Source: an uncultured Alphaproteobacteria bacterium (GTDB lineage: Bacteria; Pseudomonadota; Alphaproteobacteria; Methylaequorales; Methylaequoraceae). Taken from it: a stretch of DNA of 64,000 nt. Under the pieces are notes generated by a model that worked only from the letters and a program-made list of their open reading frames with translations, ran no database searches and had not been told where the DNA came from. The DNA lies in contig CACMJG010000003.1 of the NCBI GenBank assembly GCA_902613995.1, forward strand, positions 134,054 to 198,053. The letters run 5' to 3'. Shown one piece after another: positions 1-9,167 of the stretch (the stretch's first letter is position 1; every line of letters begins with the position of its first letter). The translations under genes and the position numbers were made by a program.

Positions 1-1257
1 AGTCATCCAATGTTTAGGTTTATTAAATGTAAGAAATTGAGCAGCCCACATTTGATGCTGACCAACCTCAGTTGTTATAAATGGATCTAAATGCCTAGTA
101 AGAAAATCTAGTCTTTGTAATGCATATTGAGGTTTAATGACTGATCTAGAATTCTTATAACTTAAGCAATTCTTTGCTCTCCATTTATTAATTTGAATCC
201 ACCACGCAGATATTTTTTCTTTACTAAAAGATATTTTTTTATTTTCAATGTATTTGAGTGTCATTTCTAATATTTTTGATAAATCTCCCTGAATCAAAAG
301 GTCAACGTTTACACTTTTATTAAATGAAGATGCATCTATATCTAGGTGGACTTTCTTTGAATTAGGAGAAAAACCAGAAACTTTTCCCGTTATTCTATCA
401 TCAAATCTAGCCCCAATACAAATCATCAAGTCTGATTTATTCATAGATAAATTAGCCTCGTACGTGCCATGCATACCCAACATCCCTATAAACTGATCGT
501 CTGAAGTTGGAGTTGCTCCAAGACCCATAAGTGTTTGCGTGCATGGAAAACCAGTTATTTTAAGTAATTTCTTAAGGTATAAAGAGGCTCTTGACCCAGA
601 GTTAATTACACCTCCCCCAACGTAAAAAATAGGTTTCTTTGATTTATCTAAAAGATTTACAAACTCAACAATTGTATCGCGTGATGGTTTTGTGTTGGGT
701 TTATAAAATGTAAAACTTTTTGTATGCTTTTTTCCTCCATATTTTGTTTCAAATGTTTGTATATCCTTTGGTATATCAACTAAAACGGGACCAGGTCTAC
801 CGTTCTTGGCAATATGAAATGCAGAATGAATAGACTCAGCTAATTTTGATATTTCTTTTACCAAGTAATTATGTTTTGTACACGGTCTGGTTATGCCTAC
901 AATATCAGCCTCTTGAAAAGCATCATTGCCTATCATGTGTGTTGGAACTTGACCAGAAATACATACTACTGGAACCGAATCCATCATAGCATCTGTTAAA
1001 CCTGTAACCGTATTGGTAGCCCCTGGACCTGACGTTACTAATACAACACCTACTTTACCAGTTGATCTTGCATAGCCCTCAGCAGCATGAACGGCTGCTT
1101 GTTCGTGTCTTACAAGAATATGCCTTATTTTATTCTGTTTAAACAACTCGTCATAAATTGGAAGTACAGCACCTCCTGGATAACCGAAAATTACTTTAAC
1201 ATTTTCTTGAATTAATGCTTCAATAACAATTCTTGCGCCTGATAATTTTTTCATCAT
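1..1257 (-). CDS. ilvB: acetolactate synthase large subunit; N-terminal ~419 codons, with the 3' end beyond the window start
   Basis: Absent from the ORF track because it runs off the edge. My minus-strand translation from ATG 1257 reads MMKKLSGARIVIEALIQENVKVIFGYPGGAVLPIYDEL...RHEQAAVHAAEGYARSTGKVGVVLVTSGPGATNTVTGL. This is a typical ThDP-enzyme N-terminal domain of IlvB/IlvI. Confidence 0.85.
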   Translation of the reverse strand, partial: MMKKLSGARIVIEALIQENVKVIFGYPGGAVLPIYDELFKQNKIRHILVRHEQAAVHAAEGYARSTGKVGVVLVTSGPGATNTVTGLTDAMMDSVPVVCISGQVPTHMIGNDAFQEADIVGITRPCTKHNYLVKEISKLAESIHSAFHIAKNGRPGPVLVDIPKDIQTFETKYGGKKHTKSFTFYKPNTKPSRDTIVEFVNLLDKSKKPIFYVGGGVINSGSRASLYLKKLLKITGFPCTQTLMGLGATPTSDDQFIGMLGMHGTYEANLSMNKSDLMICIGARFDDRITGKVSGFSPNSKKVHLDIDASSFNKSVNVDLLIQGDLSKILEMTLKYIENKKISFSKEKISAWWIQINKWRAKNCLSYKNSRSVIKPQYALQRLDFLTRHLDPFITTEVGQHQMWAAQFLTFNKPKHWMT

Positions 1258-1299
1258 AATATAAATTAAACCAAAAACATTCTTTAAACACCAAAAAAT

Positions 1300-2196
1300 T
1301 TAAATATTTTTTAATAAGTATTTTTTTGCATCAGAAAAATTCATTTCAATAGCCTCTTTAGGTCTATTTCTAAACCAGGTAATTTGTCTTTTGGCATACC
1401 TTCTCGTTTCTTGTCTGAACAAATCTAGAGATTCTTTAAATGTTTTAATTCCCATTAAATATTCCTCAATAACTTTAAAACCAATAGATTTGTGCAGAGG
1501 ATGATCGATTTTTTTTTTTTTTTTTAGAAAACTTGAAACCTCATCCACAGCATTAGACTTCATTATTTTTAAACACCTATCATCTATACTTTTATAAAGT
1601 TTACCTCTATCAACAGAAATTGTAAGATAAATGATTTTTTTAAATACTTTTTTTGAAACTTTGCCATGCCAATATGTTAAATTTTTTCCAGTCGCTATTT
1701 TAACAGTTATTGCTCTTAATAATCTTTGTGTATCATTTCTTGAAATCTTTTTAGAATATATTTCATCAACTTGCTCAAGTTTTCTAAAAAAAAATGAGTT
1801 TCCATGTTTTTTATGCAATTTCTTGATTTTTGTTTCAACTCTTTCGGGTATCTCTGGAATTGCTGAAATTTTGCCATTCAAGCTTTCAAGGTATAATCCA
1901 GTACCTCCAACAAAAATAGGAGTTTTTTCTTTTACTTCGGACAATATTTTCAAAACGTTTGTAAACCATAAACCTACGTTACATTTTTCCGGATATTCTA
2001 TAAATTTAAATAAATTACAAGAGTATTTTCTTATTTCTTCATTGGACGGAGCATTTGTAAGTGAAGCCAAATCGTTATAGACTTGCATACTGTCTGCATT
2101 AATGATTATGCTTGGTATTTTTTTTTGAATTTCATATGCAAGCCTTGTTTTTTGGGCTGCTGTTGGTCCACCAATCAAAATTGCTAATGGATACAA
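1300..2196 (-). CDS. miaA: tRNA dimethylallyltransferase
   Basis: 298 aa. N-terminal P-loop-like LIGGPTAAQKT, then IINADSMQVY and FVGGTGLY blocks as in MiaA. Apparent TTG start. Confidence 0.8.
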   Translation of the reverse strand: MYPLAILIGGPTAAQKTRLAYEIQKKIPSIIINADSMQVYNDLASLTNAPSNEEIRKYSCNLFKFIEYPEKCNVGLWFTNVLKILSEVKEKTPIFVGGTGLYLESLNGKISAIPEIPERVETKIKKLHKKHGNSFFFRKLEQVDEIYSKKISRNDTQRLLRAITVKIATGKNLTYWHGKVSKKVFKKIIYLTISVDRGKLYKSIDDRCLKIMKSNAVDEVSSFLKKKKKIDHPLHKSIGFKVIEEYLMGIKTFKESLDLFRQETRRYAKRQITWFRNRPKEAIEMNFSDAKKYLLKNI

Positions 2197-2201
2197 TTCT
2201 T

Positions 2202-3659
2202 TTACTTTAATTTGAGAATGAGAAATCTTGAAAATTCACCTTCAAATACTTGTAAAAGTAATGAATCGGCATCTTTTTTAATAAAATCATCAAATATTTT
2301 CTTAGCTTGAGAAGGTTCTTGAATTTCTTTTTGAGCAATTTGGGAAATAACATTGCCAACATTTAGTCCGGCTTTAGCGGCAAATGAATCTCTTTTGACT
2401 GCGGTAATAACGACACCTTTAACAGATTCTGAAATATTATATTTAGATCTAGTATTTTTGTTAAGGCCAAGAAGTCTCAATCCAATATCATCTATCTCGA
2501 TTTCGTCGCTAACAATTTCCTTATTATCCGAGGGTTTCTCATTAGCTGCTGCGTTAAATTTTTCTAGGTCTCCAAGCTTAACTGTAAACGATCTTTTCTT
2601 TTTATCTCTCCAAACATTTACCTTAGCTTTACTTTCAACAGCAGATTCGGCAACAGTTCTTTGAAGCGATTTGACATCTTTGATTTTTTTTCCATTGAAT
2701 TCTAAAATTACATCTCCAGACTTTAGGCCACCTTTTTCAGCTGGTTCACCAGGGTTTACCATTGAGATTAACACCCCGTCTTCATTTTTAAGTCCAAGAC
2801 TTTTTGCTATTTCAGGAGTTAGTTCTTGTATTCTTACACCAAGCCACCCCCTTTGGGTTTTTCCAAACTTTCTAAGTTGTTCAATGATTGGTTTTGCAAG
2901 GTTTGCAGGGATTGAGAAACCAATGCCAACACTTCCACCAGTGGGCGAAAAAATAGCTGTGTTTATTCCCAAAACTTCACCCTCTAAATTAAAGAGTGGA
3001 CCTCCCGAGTTACCTCTATTTATGGAAGCGTCTGTTTGTATAAAACTATCGTAGGGACCAGCATTAATATCTCTGTTAAAAGCTGAAATTATCCCGGATG
3101 TAACAGTGCCGCCAAGACCAAAAGGATTTCCAATTGCAAAAACCGAATGTCCAACCCTCGCTTTGTCTGAATTAGCAAACTTTAGGTAAGGTAAGGAGCC
3201 TTTTGGTTCTACCTTAAGAAGTGCAATATCGGTAAGCTTATCAGTTCCAACTAATGTAGCTTCTAACTCTGTATCATCCTGAAACTTAACTTTTATTTGA
3301 TTTGATTGTTCAATAACGTGGTTATTTGTAACAATATATCCAGTAGGGTCAATTACAAAGCCTGAACCTAAAGCTTGAGGACGTTCACTTTCTTGTTGAT
3401 TGGGCTGTTGGGGTTGAGGACCGAAAGGAAAACCAGGCGGGAAGTTTTTAAAAAAATCTCTAAATTGAGGAGGTATACCTTCTAGAGGATTTTGGTTGCT
3501 ATTCGTTTCTTGAGGTTTTTGAACCGTAAAAACATTTACCACACTTGGGGATTTGCTTTCAACTAAGTCAGCAAAATTATCAGATAGCGGATGGCTTTCC
3601 ACGTTAAAAAAGCAGGAAAGAAAATAAAGGATAGTGAAAGTCGAGAAAATTTTAACCAT
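2202..3659 (-). CDS. degP: periplasmic serine endoprotease, DegP/HtrA family (trypsin domain plus two PDZ domains)
   Basis: 485 aa with a signal peptide. Contains TNNHV, DIALLK and the catalytic GNSGGPL motif. The C-terminal part has PDZ-like repeats. Confidence 0.9.
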   Translation of the reverse strand: MVKIFSTFTILYFLSCFFNVESHPLSDNFADLVESKSPSVVNVFTVQKPQETNSNQNPLEGIPPQFRDFFKNFPPGFPFGPQPQQPNQQESERPQALGSGFVIDPTGYIVTNNHVIEQSNQIKVKFQDDTELEATLVGTDKLTDIALLKVEPKGSLPYLKFANSDKARVGHSVFAIGNPFGLGGTVTSGIISAFNRDINAGPYDSFIQTDASINRGNSGGPLFNLEGEVLGINTAIFSPTGGSVGIGFSIPANLAKPIIEQLRKFGKTQRGWLGVRIQELTPEIAKSLGLKNEDGVLISMVNPGEPAEKGGLKSGDVILEFNGKKIKDVKSLQRTVAESAVESKAKVNVWRDKKKRSFTVKLGDLEKFNAAANEKPSDNKEIVSDEIEIDDIGLRLLGLNKNTRSKYNISESVKGVVITAVKRDSFAAKAGLNVGNVISQIAQKEIQEPSQAKKIFDDFIKKDADSLLLQVFEGEFSRFLILKLK

Positions 3660-3667
3660 TTAATTAT

Positions 3668-4537
3668 CTATCTTGCTTTACCTTTGGAGCTGTTGAAAAA
3701 TTCAAGGAATTCACTGTCTGGCGATAATATCATTGTGGTCCCGTCCTCACCTAATACATTTCCATAAGCTTGCATTGATCTATAAAAGGAATAGAAGTCT
3801 GAATCTTGTTCAAACGCATCTGCATATATGTCGATAGCTTTAGATTCGCCTTCACCCCTCAGAATTTCGGATTTTCTGGTTGCTTCTGCAAGAATTACGG
3901 TTTTTTCTTTGTCAGCTTCTGCCCTAATTTTCTGAGCAACTTCAGATCCTTTCGCTCTAAACTCTTTTGCTTCTCTTACCCTTTCACTGATCATTCTTTC
4001 GTAGATTGCTTGACTGTTCGCTTCTGGTAAATCTGCCCTTCTAATTCTAACATCGACGATCTCAATCCCAAAACGAGATGCTTCATTATTGACTTCAACT
4101 TTAATATTTTCCATTATATTCCCTCGTTCTTTGGATAAAAGTTCGTCTAGTGTTACACGACCTACGACCCTTCTAAGTGATGAAATAACATTCGAGTTCA
4201 GTCTATTTCTTACACTGCTCTCATTTCCGACTGTTTTGTAAAATTCTAATGGATCAGTTATTTTAAATCTAGTAAATGAGTCAATTAGCATTCTTTTTTT
4301 ATCAACTGCTATAACCTCTTCAACAGGCAAGTCATATTCTAGTATTCTTCTGTCATACTTTATTACATTTTGAATAAGAGGAAGTTTAAAGTGAAGTCCT
4401 GAAGATTGAACAACTCTCTTTGGTTCACCGAATTGAAGAACCAGACCTTGCTCTTTTTCATTCATTGTAAATAGAGCGTTTAGTCCAACGAAAGCTAATG
4501 CTATTAAAATTATATATAAAAAACTAGTTTTGCTCAT
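3668..4537 (-). CDS. hflC: protease modulator HflC (SPFH/band 7 family)
   Basis: 289 aa with an N-terminal TM segment and an SPFH domain. It overlaps the hflK stop, as in the conserved hflKC pair. Confidence 0.9.
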   Translation of the reverse strand: MSKTSFLYIILIALAFVGLNALFTMNEKEQGLVLQFGEPKRVVQSSGLHFKLPLIQNVIKYDRRILEYDLPVEEVIAVDKKRMLIDSFTRFKITDPLEFYKTVGNESSVRNRLNSNVISSLRRVVGRVTLDELLSKERGNIMENIKVEVNNEASRFGIEIVDVRIRRADLPEANSQAIYERMISERVREAKEFRAKGSEVAQKIRAEADKEKTVILAEATRKSEILRGEGESKAIDIYADAFEQDSDFYSFYRSMQAYGNVLGEDGTTMILSPDSEFLEFFNSSKGKAR

Positions 4538-5636
4538 TGTTTGAATTGGAATTATTATTTATTTTTTTTTTTAGTTCAGGGAGAGGTAAGTATGGCACAA
4601 CACCGCTTCCAGCGTTATTATCCACAATAACTTTATCTATTCTCCCTAGTGTTTTTTCAAGAGTTTCTAAATAAATTCTTTCCCTAGTAACATCCTTTGA
4701 GGTTTTATAAGAGTTGTAAACTGAGAGAAATCTTTGCGCTTCACCTTCTGCTTTTGCCACAACTTCTTTTTTATATGCTTCAGCTTCTTGAATTGTTCTT
4801 TCTGCTTCACCTCTTGCTTTTGGAATTATGTCGTTTCTGTAAGCTTCAGCCTCATTTCTTAATCTTTGTTCATCAGTTTTTGCTCTTTGAACATCCCTGA
4901 ACGATTCGATTACTAACTCGGGAGGATCAGCTTTTTGAAGTTGAACCTGAGTAACTAAAACTCCTGATTGATAATAATCTAAAACCGCTTGTACACTATT
5001 TTTTACATCCTCTTCAACAATAGACTTACCTTCAGATAAAATGGGATCAATTGGTGTTTGCCCTATTTTCTCTCTCATAACACTTTCGCCAATGCTTTTT
5101 ATGGTAATCTCTGGGTTTCTAACGTTAAATAAGAAATCTTTTGCATTATTAATAATCCAGAAGATGGTAAAATTTAAGTCTACTATGTTTTCATCACCAG
5201 TTAGCATTAAAGCTTCTTCCGGGGTCTGTCTCGTTTGAGGAGTTTGAGAAAATTGAGATTGCGATGTTCTAAATCCCACTTCTATTCTGTTAACTTTCGT
5301 AACCTTGGGTTTGAATACTGACTCTATAGGAAATGGGAGATGATAATGCAAACCAGGCTCTGTCGTTCTGACATATTCACCAAACCTAGTTACAACTCCC
5401 TGTTCATCTGTACCGACTCTGTAAAAACCACTTAAGGTCCAAATAAAAAGAAGTATAACAAGAACAAGACCTAAACTAGTTGGATTATTCTTAGGAAACA
5501 TATTTTTAAGTTTGTCCTGAAAAGATTTTAGGTAATCATCGCCATAGCTATCTCCACTTCCGTTTGAGCTACTTTTTTTATTTTCTCTGGGTTTTTTCCC
5601 CCAAGGACTGTTGTTATCGTTTGATGACCAAGACAT
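4524..5636 (-). CDS. hflK: protease modulator HflK (SPFH/band 7 family)
   Basis: 370 aa. Starts with the SPWG motif typical of HflK, followed by a TM segment, an SPFH domain and a coiled-coil tail. Confidence 0.9.
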   Translation of the reverse strand: MSWSSNDNNSPWGKKPRENKKSSSNGSGDSYGDDYLKSFQDKLKNMFPKNNPTSLGLVLVILLFIWTLSGFYRVGTDEQGVVTRFGEYVRTTEPGLHYHLPFPIESVFKPKVTKVNRIEVGFRTSQSQFSQTPQTRQTPEEALMLTGDENIVDLNFTIFWIINNAKDFLFNVRNPEITIKSIGESVMREKIGQTPIDPILSEGKSIVEEDVKNSVQAVLDYYQSGVLVTQVQLQKADPPELVIESFRDVQRAKTDEQRLRNEAEAYRNDIIPKARGEAERTIQEAEAYKKEVVAKAEGEAQRFLSVYNSYKTSKDVTRERIYLETLEKTLGRIDKVIVDNNAGSGVVPYLPLPELKKKINNNSNSNNEQN

Positions 5637-5734
5637 TTTTTTTTTTATTGTTAACTTTTATATAAGAAATGTTTTTAGCATGCAAAGAATAATTTTCTAA
5701 TTTAAATTTTTATTTTTTAATTTAAAATTGTGAC

Positions 5735-6511
5735 ATGATAAAAAATTTTGTGGTTGTTGGTTCAGGCAAAGGTGGGGTTGGTAAATCTACTGTTGCTGTA
5801 AATCTAGCAATTGCGCTTGCAAATTTTGAAAAGCTAAAAGTTGGTCTCCTTGATGCAGATATATATGGTCCATCTATTCATAAAATGCTTGGAATTACTG
5901 ACAAACCTACTGCCTCTAAAACTAAGAAAATGCTCCCCTATGAAAAATTTTTGATTAAAGCAATGTCAATTGGCAACATGGTTCCAGAGGATTCAGCTAT
6001 TGTTTGGAGAGGTGCAATGGCTTCAAGTGCGATTAAACAACTTTTAAATGATGTTGAGTGGGGAGAATTAGATTTTTTAATTATAGACCTTCCTCCAGGT
6101 ACTGGTGATATTCAATTGTCACTTTGCCAAACTTTAAAAATTAGTGGTGCTGTAATTGTATCTACACCCCAAGAAATTTCACTCCTAGATGTTAGAAAAG
6201 CAATCAATATGTTTAAAAAAGTGAATGTGCCTATTCTGGGTACTATACAAAATATGAGTTTTATAGAACTTGATAAGAAGAAAAGTTATCTTTTTGGAAA
6301 AGATGGAGTTATACAAGAATCAAAAAAACAAAGACTTAATTTCTTAGCTGAAATACCAATACTTCACGAAATTCCGGAATCCGGTGATGCTGGTGTTCCC
6401 TTAACATCTAAGAAAAATTCTAGCGTAAATGAAATTTTTAAAAAAATTGCCGACAAATTGGTAAAGTCAATAGCTGACAATACTAACTCAGAAATTAAGA
6501 TTAACAATTAA
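5735..6511 (+). CDS. apbC: Fe-S cluster carrier ATPase, Mrp/ApbC/NBP35 family
   Basis: 258 aa. Deviant Walker [12 protein letters not shown], then DADIYGPS and [10 protein letters not shown]. Confidence 0.85.
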   Translation: MIKNFVVVGSGKGGVGKSTVAVNLAIALANFEKLKVGLLDADIYGPSIHKMLGITDKPTASKTKKMLPYEKFLIKAMSIGNMVPEDSAIVWRGAMASSAIKQLLNDVEWGELDFLIIDLPPGTGDIQLSLCQTLKISGAVIVSTPQEISLLDVRKAINMFKKVNVPILGTIQNMSFIELDKKKSYLFGKDGVIQESKKQRLNFLAEIPILHEIPESGDAGVPLTSKKNSSVNEIFKKIADKLVKSIADNTNSEIKINN

Positions 6512-7427
6512 ATATTTTATTTATAGTCTCTAATTCTCTTTTCGAAATATTTTTTGGAATACTTTTTCTTTTCTTGATCAATGACTTTATGTATTCGATC
6601 CCATGCGAGGACATCGTAAGAGAATTCAATCTGTTGCTAACAAATGCCTCATAAGTAAGAGGAACCCACTTTTTTAAAATTTCCATCATAACTTCTGCAT
6701 ATACTCTAATCTCGTACTGGGCATGTGGATCGAATCTTAGAGATAAAAAATGCATAAAATTATGAAGATCAATCTTCCAGTACCATTGAGTATAGGAATT
6801 GAGAGGAAGTGTCATTCGCGATAACTCTCTTGCTAATCCTTTTTTTGAATCATCAATCATTCTTCCAGATTCATCCTCATTTAAAAGTTTACTGTAATTC
6901 TCAAATCCTATTCTAGAGTTATCTCTTATAATTTTTGAATAACTTTTAATTTCGGCACTGCTTAAGTCACCAGATCTTCCTTGATTATTTGATTTTGATT
7001 GAGGTTTAAGATTCTCGTTTTTAGGAATGTAGAATTCTTTATCTAAAATAGAATATCTTGCAGAATACTCATTTACGTTCGCAGTTCTATGTCTTATCCA
7101 CTGTCTTGCAACAAAAATTGGAAGTTTAACGTGAAATTTTATTTCATTCATTTCAAAAGGTGTTGAATGTCTATGACTTATTAAATAATTAATTAAATTT
7201 TTATCTTGATTTAATTTCTTTGTTCCTTTTCCATAAGACACTCTAGCTGCTTGAACGATTGAAGTATCGTTACCCATATAATCTATAACTCTTACAAAAC
7301 CATGGTCTAAAATTTTAAAAGATTTATAAAGAATCTTCTCTAATGCTTTAACTGTAACTCTTTTAGTGGAAAAATCATTATTTCTCAATTTTTCTATTTC
7401 AGTTTTTATTTGATTCTTTTTCTTCAT
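6501..7427 (-). CDS. thyX: flavin-dependent thymidylate synthase
   Basis: 308 aa. ThyX signature [14 protein letters not shown] (RHR...S.RY). Confidence 0.9.
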   Translation of the reverse strand: MKKKNQIKTEIEKLRNNDFSTKRVTVKALEKILYKSFKILDHGFVRVIDYMGNDTSIVQAARVSYGKGTKKLNQDKNLINYLISHRHSTPFEMNEIKFHVKLPIFVARQWIRHRTANVNEYSARYSILDKEFYIPKNENLKPQSKSNNQGRSGDLSSAEIKSYSKIIRDNSRIGFENYSKLLNEDESGRMIDDSKKGLARELSRMTLPLNSYTQWYWKIDLHNFMHFLSLRFDPHAQYEIRVYAEVMMEILKKWVPLTYEAFVSNRLNSLTMSSHGIEYIKSLIKKRKSIPKNISKRELETINKIFNC

Positions 7428-7517
7428 AGAACTTTAATTTTTCATAATAACTTATTCTTACACTAAAACAATTTATAGGTTTAATTTTTTTTATCATTCC
7501 TTATTATAAAAGTGCTG

Positions 7518-7810
7518 AATTTCAGCTATGGCAATAAACGTTTGATTTTGAGCCGATGCGGACCCGGGGGCGGTACCCGGCACCTCCACCATAAAAATAT
7601 TAAAGGGGGGTGAAATAGGATCGACGTGCGTGTGAATAGTCAAAAACTTTGCCCGGAATGGTACCAACGTTATCGGACTAAAATTATAAATGCCAATGAT
7701 AATGAAATGGCACTCGCTGCTTAATTAATTTAAGTAAGCGCGGTTATGGACACCGGGCAACAGAAGTCTCATCGGCAAGGGCGGGCAATTGTTCGCCCTT
7801 GTTTGTTTTA
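7518..7810 (+). ncRNA. ssrA: circularly permuted (two-piece) tmRNA gene
   Basis: The acceptor piece ends ...GGCACCTCCACCA at 7591. The coding piece starts GGGGGTGAAATAGGATCGACG at about 7606. The two ends form a 7-bp acceptor stem with a G3-U wobble. The tag ORF GCC AAT GAT AAT GAA ATG GCA CTC GCT GCT TAA (7692-7724) encodes ANDNEMALAA. GCCGATG (7552-7558) can pair with CATCGGC (about 7770-7776). The 5' boundary is approximate. Confidence 0.85.
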
Positions 7811-7838
7811 AGGAGACTCACAAAGGGTTTCAGAGGTT
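7750..7838 (+). repeat. direct repeat copy 1: the 3' end of ssrA plus about 28 nt downstream (attL-like)
   Basis: The 50-nt core CAGAAGTCTCATCGGCAAGGGCGGGCAATTGTTCGCCCTTGTTTGTTTTA (7761-7810) is identical to 8635-8684. The flanks are similar but diverged. Confidence 0.85.
7776..7809 (+). terminator. Rho-independent terminator of ssrA
   Basis: AAGGGCG ... CGCCCTT hairpin followed by GTTTGTTTT. Confidence 0.7.
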
Positions 7839-7986
7839 TGACTCAACAGAAAATAAAACAGAATAAAACGAGTTAAGTACAATACACTTTTGTTTGTTCT
7901 TATTTTCTTAAAGATTTATTTTAATTTTAAAACATTGGTTCAAGCATTAAAAATTAGGTTGTTTGCTTGAACCAATATAATTTATT

Positions 7987-8148
7987 TTATTCTTTTTTTT
8001 CTTCAGTTGTCTCTTCTTCTTTTTCTTCAGAAGTCTCTTCAGTTTTTTCTTCTACAACTTCTTTTTTTTCTCCGTGTCCGTCCGCTCTTGTGGATTCAGA
8101 AGAAATTAAAAATGCCAAAGATAAAAATAAAAAGTAGAAATTTTTCAT
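7987..8148 (-). CDS. small secreted acidic protein, 53 aa (hypothetical)
   Basis: Below the ORF-track length cutoff. A GGAG sits 7 nt upstream of the ATG. Translation: MKNFYFLFLSLAFLISSESTRADGHGEKKEVVEEKTEETSEEKEEETTEEKKE. This is a signal-peptide-like N-terminus with a Glu/Lys/Thr tail. A 13-bp perfect-stem hairpin (7934-7976) lies just downstream. Confidence 0.5.
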   Translation of the reverse strand: MKNFYFLFLSLAFLISSESTRADGHGEKKEVVEEKTEETSEEKEEETTEEKKE

Positions 8149-8623
8149 GTATATCTCCAAAAAAAGGTTAAAACATAATACTAATAAATCTAAAGTATTT
8201 ATTGAAATTTATATTCTTTATGTGTGTTATAATTCCAACTAATAATGGTCATAGTTAATAATGAGAACAGACATTTTTTCGTTTGTAATTTAAAAATTAT
8301 GAAGTTAAGAGTGTTAGGCGCCTAAACCTGTCGCAAAAGGAAGGAATAATTTTAGACGCCCATTAATATATAGTAATTAATATATCTCTGTATAAATTTT
8401 TTATGTTTATACCTATTATTACCTCTGATTATAGATTTATCTTAACTAACTCTAATGACCTTTATTGAAAAATTATTTGTAATCATTGTAATTTAGTCTG
8501 CAGTGATTTTTTCATTAAAAATAGAAATTATAAAATTAGTCCGTGCAGAAAAAACACTCATTTGCAATACACTTTGCAATACACTTTTTGAGAAAGTCCC
8601 ACATATAATGGGTCTTAGACTAA

Positions 8624-8712
8624 ACACCGAGTCACAGAAGTCTCATCGGCAAGGGCGGGCAATTGTTCGCCCTTGTTTGTTTTAGGCACACTCACAAAGG
8701 GTTTTAGATGTT
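8624..8712 (+). repeat. direct repeat copy 2: an orphan copy of the ssrA 3' end (attR-like)
   Basis: See copy 1. The upstream part, ACACCGAGTCA versus ACACCGGGCAA, loses the complementarity to GCCCGG that copy 1 has inside the tmRNA. Confidence 0.85.
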
Positions 8713-8721
8713 ATGTTCTTC

Positions 8722-9066
8722 TTAAATACCAAACCAAGAAAAAATAAAATTCCCAGTTACCATTAATGTATAAAAAAATACAATACAATAAAGTAAACCG
8801 AAGAAAATGATATAAATCCCTCCAAGTAAAACTCGAACTAGAGAGGACAGTGAACTTCCAAGAAATTCAAGATCTAAACGCATTAGAAATGGATTTACTT
8901 TGGATTTAGTTTTTTTATTCAACCAATAAACTGGATAAGTACATATCCATAAAATTGGTATATACATAAATATATATAGTGCTGTGATTCCTAATAAATG
9001 CATATAATTAAATAAATTGATTGTAACAAAAAAGTAGTCCGTACAGAAGTCATGCAAAAAAAACAA
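8722..9066 (-). CDS. hypothetical small membrane protein
   Basis: 114 aa with several hydrophobic segments and a TTG start in the track. I recognise no family. Confidence 0.45.
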   Translation of the reverse strand: MFFLHDFCTDYFFVTINLFNYMHLLGITALYIFMYIPILWICTYPVYWLNKKTKSKVNPFLMRLDLEFLGSSLSSLVRVLLGGIYIIFFGLLYCIVFFYTLMVTGNFIFSWFGI

Positions 9067-9167
9067 TTATTAGTAAAGCCAAATTTGTACTCTTTAAGAA
9101 ATTTATTTTTAATTGATACTTATAAAATTTTTAGTAAACTGAATGTGAAAAAAATGAGGAGGTTCTC

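Noticed and set aside
1631-2080. Plus-strand 149-aa ORF inside miaA. The same type of nested antisense ORF occurs at 2353-2664, 2671-3054, 3806-4030, 4697-4900, 5041-5238, 10210-10446, 10696-11010, 11105-11320, 14248-14554, 17769-17960, 21712-21999, 22064-22282, 22619-22804, 25648-25848, 28293-28601, 28933-29139, 30374-31492 (three ORFs), 31807-32007, 33176-33583, 38038-38220, 39029-39493, 42548-42730, 46480-46997, 49015-49206, 52786-53127, 53905-54177, 57132-57359, 59621-60180, 60652-60927 and 61294-61524.
   Set aside because: All lie antisense or out of frame within ORFs that have strong family motifs. Their translations are low-complexity (Phe/Leu/Ser/Ile-rich), as expected from the complement of Lys/Glu/Asn-rich genes in AT-rich DNA. 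None has RBS or motif support.
8149-8623. Searched the spacer between the ssrA repeats for integrase or excisionase remnants. Also noted the 12-bp palindrome TTAGGCGCCTAA at about 8314-8325.
   Set aside because: All six frames are dense with stops, and I could see no recombinase-like peptide fragments. The palindrome is isolated, so I cannot assign it a function.
8503-8685. 60-aa plus-strand ORF ending in ...SHRQGRAIVRPCLF.
   Set aside because: Its C-terminal third is simply a translation of the duplicated tmRNA 3' end and terminator. The rest is AT-rich spacer containing the tandem CAATACACTTT motif. There is no RBS.
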